Source of the DNA: Azolla caroliniana
Taxonomy: Eukaryota > Plantae > Polypodiophyta
Assembly: GCA_043228905.1 (NCBI GenBank)
Contig: JBHGNT010000008.1
Span: 744,001-808,000, forward strand
DNA length: 64,000 bases
Direction: 5' to 3'
In this document: positions 12,183-22,285 of the stretch, piece after piece
How positions within the stretch are numbered: the stretch's first letter is position 1
How the letters are laid out: each line of letters opens with the position of its first letter
Notes under the pieces: generated by a model
Databases searched by the model: none
What the model was told of the DNA's origin: nothing
What the model saw: the letters and a program-made list of their open reading frames with translations, nothing else
Translations under genes and position numbers: made by a program

Positions 12183-13373
12183 ATTACGTATCCCGAATAC
12201 ATCATTGTTGGCTATATAAAAAAAACGATTCATTTAGTATACGCATATGTGGTCACTTATATACGTCTCTGATCGTATATATGTGATAAATGGACATATG
12301 TGTATATTTTAGATTACGTGATTCATATCAAATGTTTTCCTACTTGGGGAGAGGATTTTGGTGGCCGTCCTCACATTTTTGTGAGAATGGCGTTGTCACC
12401 ATCCCTTTTATCAACAATTTTTATTGTTGAAATTCCCGTTGGTCACTTTGATATTTCGTTACGTAACGAACCTCGTATAGCCAAAATGATGTTGAATACG
12501 TCGGGCTTGATCCACATCAAGTAGGGTCGCTCTAATGACACACGTATCCAACATCTCCCCTCGTTACATGGATACGATGCCACCATGAGCTCGTTCTTAC
12601 GAGTGGCATTCGTAATGACGTGACCATGTGATGGGCCACATGAGCCTACGAAGACACAAGGGCTCATTCGGCTTGACCATTAGGTTGCACTTTGGCGTAT
12701 GCCATCGTAATTACGAGACTTGAGGTTAGGTAACGTACCAACATAGTTTTGGTAAATGAGGGCGAAATAAGGACCTTGACATATATGTTCTTTTAAAAAA
12801 ACATATATGATCAATTGCCTCGCATATCTCTTATACGCATCAAACATTAAGCATTCGAGAAGAGCAACTTACTTGGTTGGCTCAAGTGTTTAATGTATTT
12901 GTTCTCGAGGTCTCGAGTTCAAATATGACCAAGACCATACAACATCCTTGATACATATGACTATAACACATGTTTAGACTTAAGGTCTAAGTGCACCTCG
13001 GGGTCCTCGTAATAGGACTTAAAGAGCCGAAACCACATACGTGGGCACAGAAACATAGTTTATTGTTAACATTTTTTTCGTGTATAAACTATTCATGACG
13101 CGAACATACATGGTTGAGCCTCGGGGAGCCGCCATGAAAAAAATCGATATAGAGATCAGGGAAAGGCATTCATTTGTCACCCCCATGGTTTTTAAAACAC
13201 CTCTGTGTTACCATAGTAACCTGATCTTGAACCTCATCTCATACGTCTAGAGGGGTATTGACGTGAGATCAGGATATCGATTAATGTTTGCCCATGATAT
13301 GTTTACACCACGACAAGATGTTATGACTATTTGTCTGACCTTATCTTATTTCTTTGCCAGAAATAATCATTCA

Positions 13374-16300
13374 ATGGCTCAGAATAACGACCCGATGCCC
13401 TCCGCTCAAGCGGAAAGAACTCAAGGAAATCCTCCTGGGACAATGTCCATTGAGGCGTATATTTTACAAGTACAACATTTCCTAAGTTCAACCGCGCAGC
13501 AGTTGACCGAATTTCGGCAATCTCAAAGTGCTCTCGAGGCACGAGTCATTAGTCTCCAAAATGAGATTAATAGACCTGATGAGCGTCAGGGTGAACCATC
13601 ATTTGTCGTAAAGCCATTTACGGGAGATAAAAAGGAAAGAACCGAAGAAGCAATCTGCACGTGGCTGGGCCGATGGGAGTCTCATTTTGAGCTCTATCCC
13701 ACGCCAGATAGTACGAAGATTGCATATGTCGGCCGAGAACTAGGGGGTAAGGCCGCCGCTTGGTGGCGTGGGCTCCGAACTTTGGGGAGATTGCCCGAGA
13801 CCTGGACAGACTTTGTCACAGTTTTCAAGGGTCAATTTCTACAACCTCCCTCTCGAACCGAGGCAGCACAAGCTTTAATGAACCTCTCTAGCAGGAAGTT
13901 TTCCTCACTAGAAGATTATGTCCACCATGCTAGAACCCAAATCCAAAAATCGGGTCTAGAAGGGGACAATTGGTTAATAGCTTGTTTTGTCAATGGCATC
14001 CCCAATTCAGACTATCACTGGATAGTGCACGATAAGGATCCAAAATCCTTCGAAGAGGCCGTTGAGATAGTTCTTCGCTATCAACGCACTTCGAAGAAGG
14101 ACCATAACAAACCCAACGAAGCGCCCGGGACTAAGCAGTCGCAATTCGTTGGGAAACGCAAGACACCCAACGAATTCATGGATCGCGATTATAAGCAACA
14201 ACATCCTTTTTGCGTATTCTGCAAAAAGAAGGGTCATACAAAAGAGCAATGTCGTAAGCTCCAACGAAAAGAGCACGACGCCAAACCTAAAGCTACAGAC
14301 CATAAAGGTCAGATTCCTAATGTCCTTCAGGTCTATACACATCATTTGAGTAATTGTCAATGTTCTTTCCCTCATTATGTATTGGGTCCCAATGATTTAC
14401 TACGTGCAAACGGGTATATCAATGGATCTCCCGTACAATTTTTATTTGATTCGGGAAGCTCACACAATTTTGTGAATGATCGTTTGGTACAGATATGGGG
14501 AATCCAACCCACCGTAAGTGATCACACCTACACGGTGCACTTGGCTGATGGAAGAGTACAACACATCAACGAGGCGATTCATTCTTTAGGAATTTCTATT
14601 GATACCTATATAGAGGAAGTAGACTTCCATGTAATGAATCTTAGTACCACCGATGTAATACTGGGTTATCCCTGGTTTTATAATAAAAGCTCTTCTTTAT
14701 TTATTGATTGGGTTCGCCATTCCATTTCTTTTGTACTCAACGATTGTACGCATTTTATTCAATGTGTAAAAAAACAATCCCTCTCGATTGTTTCCTCGTG
14801 TCCATCAATATCCGAGTTATCTTGTTCTACGTTATTTTATTGTGTACTTGATCCGGACATTCACGTTTACAATATCGATAATGTCTCGGGTCAATTAACA
14901 TATTTTGAACAAAAACAACTTGATGAAATCGTAAACGATTTTCGTGATGTTTTTCCGAGTGAACTACCCGATGGTTTACCTCCTAAACGTAATATAGACC
15001 ATCGTATAGATATTGTACCTGGCGTTGCACCCATTAGTATACCTCCGTATCGCCTAAGTCGATCTGAAGAGGATGAGGTAGCTAAGCAACTTAAGGACTA
15101 TTTACGAATGGGTTATATACGTTATAGTAAATCTCCATGGGGTGCACCAGTTCTCTTGGTTAAAAAGAAAGAGGGCACATGGCGTATGTGTATTAATTAC
15201 CGACACTTGAATAAAGTGACGATCAAGAATTCGTACCCATTGCCCCGGGCTGACGATCTAATTGACCGTCTCCAGGGAGCTCGGTATTTTACGAAACTTG
15301 ATCTCCGTACTGGCTACCATCAAATACGAATAAGTGAGGACGATGTTCCTAAAACAGCATTTCGTACGCGCTACGGCCATTATGAGTTTTTGGTTATGCC
15401 TTTTGGTTTGACCAATGCTCCGGCTACATTTCAACAAGAAATGAATGACATTTTCCGAGAACAACTTGGAAAATTTGTCGTTATCTTCTTAGATGATATT
15501 TTAGTTTATAGCCGTACATTGCAAGAACATGCTAGACATGTCCGCTTTGTTTTACAAATATTGCGTGACAAACAATTTTACGCGAAGATCTCAAAATGTG
15601 AGTTCATCAAGAAATCAATTACTTATCTTGGACATCTCATAACCGAACGAGGAGTTGAAATTGATCCTTCTCGCATCGAGAAAATCAAGCTTTGGCCCAC
15701 TCTTCGGAATATTCGAGAAGTTCGATCATTCCTTGGTTTTGTCGGATTTTTGCGAAAATCTCTTCGTAATTACTCACAATTGACGATGCCGTTTACTGAT
15801 CTTCTAAAAGGTCAAACGCGTAAGTCTACAAAACCTATTGTGTGGAATGCTACACTAGACCTCGCCTTTAAGGAACTCAAGGACTTGGTATGCAAGGCTC
15901 CTTCACTTCTTTTACCCGATCCTTCAAAACCTTTTGAGGTTGAAACCGACGCAAGCGATTATGCTATAGGTGCTGTCTTGTATCAAGATGGTAAACCAAT
16001 AGCATTCGAGAGTAAGAAACTTGATTCTGCTCAATGTCGGTATACCGTTCAAGAAAAGGAATTATTTGCGGTTATACATGCGCTCAAAACATGGCGCCAT
16101 TATCTTTATGGAAATCGCTTTGTGGTAACTACGGACCACGAGTCCTTGAAATATTTTTGTGACCAACAAGACCTGAAAGGTCGTAAGGCACGATGGGCTG
16201 ATCTCATCCAGGACTTTGATTTTTCCATACGATATCGTAAAGGTTCCATGAATACTGTCGCTGATGCACTAAGTCGCATCCGTGAAGTTAACATGCTTAG

Positions 16301-17606
16301 CTTCACTGAAATAACATCAGATCTTTATGATCACCTTCGAGGAAAGTATCCTGATGACAATTATTTTGCAAAATACTGGGCAAGAGTCGAGTCTGGAACA
16401 GACACCACCACACCCTCGAAGGAATACTTCCACATTGCTAACGGTCTGCTCTACCGTAATGGGAAGGTTTGTGTTCCAGATTTGCCTGAGGTCAAAAAGA
16501 GAATTCTTTTTGAATGCCATGATGCACCCTCAGCAGGGCACCCTGGAATACATCGTACACTCGTTCTCATCTCCACTCAATTTTATTGGCCTAAGATGCG
16601 TCCTGACATACATAGCTATGTGACTAAATGTCACCAATGTCAGGTTAACAAAGCCGAGCAACTTAAAGCCGCAGGACTTTTACATCCCTTGGACATTCCC
16701 AATAATAAGTGGGAAAGTATATCCATGGATTTTATTGTTAGCCTTCCTCGCACCCAAAAAGGTCATGATGCCATATGGGTTGTGGTTGACAGACTAACTA
16801 AAATGGCCAGATTTATTGCTACTAAAACCACGGTAACAGCTCCTGAATTGGCTTACCAATTCGTTGATGAGTTATTTCGTTTTTACGGGTTACCGATGGA
16901 TATCGTGAGTGACCGAGATCCAAAGTTTACTAGTGACTTCTGGACGCAAGTCTTTAAGAAGTTAGAAACTACGTTGAGCATGAGCTCCACGGATCATCCT
17001 CAATCCGATGGACAGACAAAACGAGTAAATCAAATTATTGAGGACATGCTTCGAGCATACGTTGGTGCAAAACCAACAAAATGGGAACGTTACCTCCCAA
17101 TTTTGGAGTTTGCTTATAACAGCTCCAAGCATACGTCGACGGGATATAGTCCTTTTATGTTGATGTATGGATTTCAGCCACGAGCCCCGATTGATGTTAA
17201 TATACATCATGATGAGTTGCGAAGTACGCAAAAATTTCTTCGGGATATGCAAGATATGTTGCATATTGCACGGGATAATATAAAAACAGCTCAGGATAGA
17301 GCGCGTTTTTATGCCGATCATCATAGGCAACCTCGTGTATTCAGCCCTGGACAGAAGGTATTTTTACGTGTACCTCACAATTCTAAGACATTGTCTATGG
17401 GTAAGTGCGCTAAGTTAGCCCCACGGTTTTGTGGACCTTTTACAGTCCTCAAACGCATTGGATCATCAGCCTATCGTCTCGCTCTTCCCGATGGTGTTGG
17501 AATCCATCCAGTCTTTCATGTAAGTCGTCTAAAAGAACTTCTAGGTTCTGGCGACAATACAGTTACAACTGAAACTCTGGTTACTTCTGAAGATTTATCT
17601 TCTTAA
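13374..17606 (+). CDS. G2 Gag-Pol polyprotein (gag, CCHC knuckle, protease, RT, RNase H, integrase)
   Basis: Uninterrupted ORF from MAQNNDP; [14 protein letters not shown]; [10 protein letters not shown]; [18 protein letters not shown]; [10 protein letters not shown]; MDF..SDRD; GPF. Catalytic integrase Glu appears as Lys (GQTKRVN). Confidence 0.92.
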   Translation: MAQNNDPMPSAQAERTQGNPPGTMSIEAYILQVQHFLSSTAQQLTEFRQSQSALEARVISLQNEINRPDERQGEPSFVVKPFTGDKKERTEEAICTWLGRWESHFELYPTPDSTKIAYVGRELGGKAAAWWRGLRTLGRLPETWTDFVTVFKGQFLQPPSRTEAAQALMNLSSRKFSSLEDYVHHARTQIQKSGLEGDNWLIACFVNGIPNSDYHWIVHDKDPKSFEEAVEIVLRYQRTSKKDHNKPNEAPGTKQSQFVGKRKTPNEFMDRDYKQQHPFCVFCKKKGHTKEQCRKLQRKEHDAKPKATDHKGQIPNVLQVYTHHLSNCQCSFPHYVLGPNDLLRANGYINGSPVQFLFDSGSSHNFVNDRLVQIWGIQPTVSDHTYTVHLADGRVQHINEAIHSLGISIDTYIEEVDFHVMNLSTTDVILGYPWFYNKSSSLFIDWVRHSISFVLNDCTHFIQCVKKQSLSIVSSCPSISELSCSTLFYCVLDPDIHVYNIDNVSGQLTYFEQKQLDEIVNDFRDVFPSELPDGLPPKRNIDHRIDIVPGVAPISIPPYRLSRSEEDEVAKQLKDYLRMGYIRYSKSPWGAPVLLVKKKEGTWRMCINYRHLNKVTIKNSYPLPRADDLIDRLQGARYFTKLDLRTGYHQIRISEDDVPKTAFRTRYGHYEFLVMPFGLTNAPATFQQEMNDIFREQLGKFVVIFLDDILVYSRTLQEHARHVRFVLQILRDKQFYAKISKCEFIKKSITYLGHLITERGVEIDPSRIEKIKLWPTLRNIREVRSFLGFVGFLRKSLRNYSQLTMPFTDLLKGQTRKSTKPIVWNATLDLAFKELKDLVCKAPSLLLPDPSKPFEVETDASDYAIGAVLYQDGKPIAFESKKLDSAQCRYTVQEKELFAVIHALKTWRHYLYGNRFVVTTDHESLKYFCDQQDLKGRKARWADLIQDFDFSIRYRKGSMNTVADALSRIREVNMLSFTEITSDLYDHLRGKYPDDNYFAKYWARVESGTDTTTPSKEYFHIANGLLYRNGKVCVPDLPEVKKRILFECHDAPSAGHPGIHRTLVLISTQFYWPKMRPDIHSYVTKCHQCQVNKAEQLKAAGLLHPLDIPNNKWESISMDFIVSLPRTQKGHDAIWVVVDRLTKMARFIATKTTVTAPELAYQFVDELFRFYGLPMDIVSDRDPKFTSDFWTQVFKKLETTLSMSSTDHPQSDGQTKRVNQIIEDMLRAYVGAKPTKWERYLPILEFAYNSSKHTSTGYSPFMLMYGFQPRAPIDVNIHHDELRSTQKFLRDMQDMLHIARDNIKTAQDRARFYADHHRQPRVFSPGQKVFLRVPHNSKTLSMGKCAKLAPRFCGPFTVLKRIGSSAYRLALPDGVGIHPVFHVSRLKELLGSGDNTVTTETLVTSEDLSS

Positions 17607-17807
17607 CCACATGTACCAGAAAGAATTCTCGATGTTAAAACAAAAAAATTACGTACTAAGGAAATCCGAGAATTTAAAATAAAATGGATGGATAAATCAA
17701 TCAAAGATGCCACATGGGAACGCGAAACGACTCTAACAACTAACTTTCCTAACTTTCCATTGCAAGAGTGCAATGTTTTAAAGAGGGGGAGTATGTTACG
17801 GGCATGA
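17607..17807 (+). pseudogene. G2 chromodomain, in frame behind a TAA stop
   Basis: PHVPERILDVKTKKLRTKEIREFKIKWMDKSIKDATWERE, running through the PPT into the 3' LTR. Confidence 0.85.
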
Positions 17808-18322
17808 CCATATAATATCCCGTGGTGAGAATTGTCGTAGTATTCTATACACGTGGATAAGTGTGAGGGTTAAACAAAGAGTCTAAAGAAGGGGAGGATT
17901 ACTTTTAATCCTCGGGATTGAGACAACCCATGAGGCCAAGTGTGAACATGGCTGGGGGCCTTGAGAATTACTATAAATAAGAGGCCTAGCTACCCTCATT
18001 TGATCATGCATTGACTACGTCGAGACTCTGTCCGTGAGTGGAACGACTCTTGTAGCAAGCGCGCTATCATCCAGGTACGACTCGACGCCAAGGCGATGGT
18101 ATGGGACGCCGATCGAGGCTCGAGTCCGTCTCGATCCCTTCGCTCGGGGGTGGTCGGGTGGATCGGCACCCTTCTTTCTCTCTTTTCTCTCTATTCTTTC
18201 TAGATCTATCATTGATATATCCTTATTTTATGCTTACTTTAGTACCTAATCTCTAATAGTGAAGATCACCATCGGCTCTATAACCTTTGGGTCGGCGCAT
18301 CCGATTTCTCGTGGGAAGAATG

Positions 18323-18339
18323 TGTTAAACACGGTGTCA
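18323..18339. mobile_element. 17-bp TG..CA micro-insert with 5-bp TSD (probable collapsed LTR footprint)
   Basis: GAATG-TGTTAAACACGGTGTCA-GAATG; removing 22 bp restores the G1 pol frame AFAFFPREIGC. Confidence 0.65.
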
Positions 18340-18965
18340 GAATGCGAAAGCCTTCCCATGTCTCTCAAGCATATCGCGAAACATTCGGTCCTCTTCAGGG
18401 AGAAGGAAATTCTCCTTTCCAACTCGTAGCTTCTCCTTCGTCTCTTTGGTGAAGACATGACCTATCTTCTTCGGATCTCTTAAGCTTGGATCGTTAGCGA
18501 CTTCCTTCATCTTTTGCCAGCTATCTTCCGGTAGCGGAACCGCAACTGGCTTGATCTTCTTATCCACCGTTTTATATTTCGTGTTGATGTCAGTTTCCTT
18601 CATCGAGATGCCACGACGGTATTCATCGATGATAGCGTACATGTTGACGGAGTTAACCGAAATCACGCATTGGTTGTGAAGATAGCTCAAGTCCACGACG
18701 TCCTCGATTTCGCCGATGGTGTCGTTAAATGAGGCTTCTTCCATAATATGAGTCACGAACTCCCCTTCTTCTATTATGTTCTCTTCTTTCAGCATCTTCT
18801 CGAATTCTTGTATCCGGTGCTTGTGCTTCTTGTCGGGTAGTACTAGTTTACATGCGCCACTAGGTGTGACACATGTTGCTTCTCCTTGCAATCCACGCAC
18901 TCTTCTTTCTTGTGGGGTCTTGTGATTGCTCGGACTATTTGTGCCCCATGCTTCAATAGTCCGCT

Positions 18966-21170
18966 CTAAAAATCTGAGGATTCGCCTCCGAGACTATCTC
19001 GATTCCTTTCATAATTGGCTCGCACCGTTAGGAATTGGATCGATCTTTGGTTGTCAAGACTCTTTATTCGTGCGAAGGCTGCTCCATTATCGAACACTCT
19101 GGTCTCCATCCGAGATGATGTGATATAAGGTTGCCCTAGGATGACAGGATGCGACGCCGATTCTTGTACGAAGAAGTGTTGATCCATCTCCACATCCCCG
19201 ATCGTGACTTTGACATTGGGACAAGCTCCGTACAAGTCCTCCGTAGACTTTGTTGCCGCGCGAATCTTCCATCCGTGGTTTGTATTGATTAGCCATCTTC
19301 CCTTTTTGTAGAGGTCGGTTGACATGAGGTTGATCACCGAGCCGTGGTTGATCAAGGCTACGACGGTCTCTTTCTTCTCCCCGATCTTCACCGGCGTCTC
19401 CGTTGTCGCTCGTGCCCAATGAGGTCGAGTGTAGTGGCTGTCCACCATATCTTCATCGATTTCGTCTCTTGCCATCGTTATGGCATTCGTTTTTGCTTTT
19501 TGCGGCTTCTCTTCTTCCTCGTCCGATTGTTGTCTCTTTCTCTTTACAAGGTCCACGATCGTGTCATGGAACTCCTTCTTCGTAAAGCCAAGCAATTCCC
19601 TCAAGGACAAAGTTACGTGGCTATCAAGAACTCGTTCTTTGAGAATCTTCTTTAGGTCCGTCCTCTGCTCTATGTCCGACCTTAGCTTATAGGTAGGTAT
19701 AGTCCTTGTCCTCCGAGTGGGGTCTTCGACACCAACCTTCACGGGCCGCACCGTTTCTTCAACTCGTATGCTCGGCTCCCCTTTTCGGCTTGATTCTCGT
19801 TCCTCCGTTTGTAAAGGTCGACTCGTCTCCGCATCGTCCTTCTTTTTCGAGTTCCTTGTTTCATGTCTTTTAGATGGGCCTTGCTCTTCTATTCTCTTTC
19901 TCTTTTCTTCGACGAACACCTTGTGGTTGTCGCACATCACCTCTGCGAGTATGGTGTTGTCGTCCACCGGATCCGACCACCCGGTTATGCTTTGCACGTT
20001 TCGGTCCGCAAGCTCTACCTCGCTCGATGTGACTTTTCCCTTCTTCTCATATTCGAGAACGGAAGTCCAAAACTTTGCTCCCGCTCTAGCAGCTTCAGTC
20101 TTGTCTTTCCCGACTCTTATTCCGGCCGACGTAGCATAGTGCATCGCATCCACATGAGTCGCATCGGCATCCTCCATAGATTTCTTCATTCCTCCTCTTC
20201 CGAAATTCACCCGTAGGGGTCTTCTAGTCTCGCTTGAGCAGATCATGTTGTCCTCTATGTATACGATATTTTGTCGAATCGCCTCTCGAAGGCTCGCACA
20301 ATCCCTTCTCATGTGGTCCATGCTATCGCACCACACGCATCTAAAGGGTTCTTTTCCTTTAGGGCCCCGACGATTCATGTTGGCTAGCGTGACCTTCTCG
20401 AACTTCTTCGCTAGCTCTTCGATGATGTCGTCCTCAATCTTCTTTTCTTCCACGTTACTTTGTCTCAGCGGCTCAACTACTTTCGGCGGTCTTGCTTTCT
20501 CCGTGGTAGTCGGTCCCGTCATGTCGGTGTCATCAACCCATTGGCGACGCTTGTCGAGCCTATTGCATGCCCGCTTCACCGCGATCCAGTCCGCTACGAG
20601 CCCATTTGCTTGGGTATCATCTTCGAGAAGAGTCCCCAACTCCCGTCTATCCTTTATGTCCACGACCTTCAAGAAGTACAAAGTCTTGTCCTCTTCAAGC
20701 AACACTTGGTCCGTATTGGGGAGACGACTAAACATCTGGTCGAATTCGTCGTACACCCTCAAGACGCTCATCTTCTTATTCTTCTTCTCTATCCACTTCA
20801 TCAGGGCATGTCGAGTCATCCTCGTTGAGTCTTCAGTCACGAACTCCGCTAGTATCGTTTTCTCGAACTCAGACCATGTTGTCTTTCCTTCTTGAAGCTC
20901 GATGACGCGTCTTTGGATGTTGTTGGCGACAACTCTCTTGAAGCTTGCGATTTGACGTGCCTCGGACACGTCCCTTTGATTCATCTCCCTCTTATATGCA
21001 TCAAGGAACTTCGTAACGTTCCTTCCATCGACTTGGCCCTCGAGCTCTACGACACGATCGACAGCCTTCTCCACGCTCGCGTCGTTGTCCCGAGATCTCA
21101 TCATTTGCTCGACGATTAGCATCATCCTTTCGATCTCTCCTGCTTGGTTGCTTGAGGACGCCATCTCCAA
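18966..21170 (-). CDS. G1 Gag-protease ORF (zinc knuckle, DUF4100-like region, aspartic protease)
   Basis: 734-aa open frame; CVWCDSMDHMRRDC; protease-like VALINHGSVINLM (catalytic Asp appears as Asn) and VILGQPY; ends ..DF*. Confidence 0.85.
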   Translation of the reverse strand: MEMASSSNQAGEIERMMLIVEQMMRSRDNDASVEKAVDRVVELEGQVDGRNVTKFLDAYKREMNQRDVSEARQIASFKRVVANNIQRRVIELQEGKTTWSEFEKTILAEFVTEDSTRMTRHALMKWIEKKNKKMSVLRVYDEFDQMFSRLPNTDQVLLEEDKTLYFLKVVDIKDRRELGTLLEDDTQANGLVADWIAVKRACNRLDKRRQWVDDTDMTGPTTTEKARPPKVVEPLRQSNVEEKKIEDDIIEELAKKFEKVTLANMNRRGPKGKEPFRCVWCDSMDHMRRDCASLREAIRQNIVYIEDNMICSSETRRPLRVNFGRGGMKKSMEDADATHVDAMHYATSAGIRVGKDKTEAARAGAKFWTSVLEYEKKGKVTSSEVELADRNVQSITGWSDPVDDNTILAEVMCDNHKVFVEEKRKRIEEQGPSKRHETRNSKKKDDAETSRPLQTEERESSRKGEPSIRVEETVRPVKVGVEDPTRRTRTIPTYKLRSDIEQRTDLKKILKERVLDSHVTLSLRELLGFTKKEFHDTIVDLVKRKRQQSDEEEEKPQKAKTNAITMARDEIDEDMVDSHYTRPHWARATTETPVKIGEKKETVVALINHGSVINLMSTDLYKKGRWLINTNHGWKIRAATKSTEDLYGACPNVKVTIGDVEMDQHFFVQESASHPVILGQPYITSSRMETRVFDNGAAFARIKSLDNQRSIQFLTVRANYERNRDSLGGESSDF

Positions 21171-21205
21171 GTATTAATCTCGACTTGATCCTTCCTACCG
21201 CCTCT

Positions 21206-21223
21206 TTCACGTCGGGTTCACCA
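21206..21223 (-). promoter_or_regulatory. Primer-binding site, tRNA-Trp(CCA)
   Basis: Plus strand TTCACGTCGGGTTCACCA equals the 3' 18 nt of plant cytosolic tRNA-Trp (recalled sequence); 8-nt spacer to the 5' LTR. Confidence 0.85.
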
Positions 21224-21231
21224 CTTAATTA

Positions 21232-22281
21232 TGTCGTGAAGATCCGTCACTACGCGCGGATCGTGAGGCGGAACCGTCGGGGCTCTGGACCAGAAGGATT
21301 TAGAGTCGATACAATCTTTGGCGAGAAAGTACTTAAGATAGATTGGGAAAGAGAGAAGATGAGATTACACGATTGATTTGATAACGAATTTCTTCTTCTT
21401 AATTTTCATAAAAAAAAACCCTCCTTTTTTCTTCTCCCCCTTCCCTCTTTTATAGATGCTCTCATGCATATGATGCATATGAGGGTACAAGACATGCATA
21501 AATTGCATGTTTGCCATTTGGCGCTTAAGTATTACATGTGGTGCATGCTAACCATGTCACTCATTTTAGCTCTCATGTATGAGAATTTACATGTAAAAGT
21601 ACAATGATAGAAATATACTTTTAACTAAATACCATGGCTTAATGGTAAGCCATTTGACTCCTAACTTGGAGGTGCAAGGTTCGAATCCATACTTGCCCTC
21701 CTTATATATGTATATATTTATATATTTATTTTATCTAGTCGCCGGTTCGCCGGATACTGTCGCCAGATGCCGGTGCCTCGCCGGATGCCGCCGCTAGATA
21801 CCGGTGCTGTCGCCGGATGCCGACCCCGTCGCCGGATACCGGTGCCGCATACCGCCGCCGGATTGCGGTCGGATGCCGTCGGATCACCGGATCCATCGCC
21901 GGTCTGGTTTTGGTTGGCCAAAACCCTTTTCGAGTAGCTAGCCACCTCCACTCTAAGTTCAAGTTACCTTGAACTCTCAATGCTCCACACATAGACACAA
22001 AGATAATATCTTTTGCTCCACCTTATATATGATGAGAGCCGTATTTGTCGTGCCTATGTGGGATATCTCACAATTTTCTCTTTTCTTTTCACAAACTTTA
22101 TACCCTCATATCTTGACATTTAGTTATCCATTTCTCGTGTAATAAAGTGCATTCGAAACCTCCATCATTTTGTACTTAGATATTAAAAATGTTATCTTCA
22201 CAATTATTGTATTACGTGATTCATACTCGATTTCGTACGTTTTATGGGATTTTCACACTATTGCCGAAAATCTTCATGACA
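21232..22281 (-). repeat. G1 5' LTR (1050 bp)
   Basis: Direct repeat of 6633-7578; followed on the minus strand by PBS and gag. Confidence 0.93.
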
Positions 22282-22285
22282 ACGC

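Larger units (their letters stand above)
11214..18258 (+). mobile_element. Ty3/Gypsy chromovirus G2, very recent insertion in G1 RT region
   Basis: 465-bp LTRs 11214-11678 and 17794-18258, one mismatch seen by eye (11516 vs 18096); 5-bp TSD GTGAA; PBS tRNA-iMet 11681-11692; PPT AAGAGGGGGAG 17781-17791; single gag-pol ORF plus chromodomain. Confidence 0.96.
7651..18975 (-). pseudogene. G1 pol (RT-RNaseH-integrase), interrupted by three insertions and frameshifts
   Basis: Pieces: 18337-18975 (KYKTVDKKIKPV), 10311-11213 RT (DLYSGYDQ, LPQGATNS, FLDD), 9789-10330 RNase H (VDTSPTGIGW), 7651-9033 integrase (H-H-C-C, AYNPEANGKIERGH, GPY). Confidence 0.9.
6633..22281 (-). mobile_element. Ty3/Gypsy LTR retrotransposon G1 (non-chromovirus, fungal-like/Phygy-like), inserted in the Copia
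   Basis: LTRs 21232-22281 (5') and 6633-7578 (3') with TGTCG..GACA ends; 4-bp TSD ACGC (6629-6632 / 22282-22285); PBS for tRNA-Trp; PPT-like GCGGTTTGGTGGGGGTGGA next to the 3' LTR; gag-PR then RT(FLDD)-RH-IN on the minus strand. Confidence 0.95.

Noticed and set aside
13263-13373. GTG start given by the ORF track for G2 gag-pol
   Set aside because: Lies within the predicted leader intron and pyrimidine tract; ATG 13374 is the more plausible start and is conserved in the second copy
19087-21119. Numerous short ORFs overlapping G1 gag on either strand
   Set aside because: Shadow frames of a GC-rich coding region with no independent motifs
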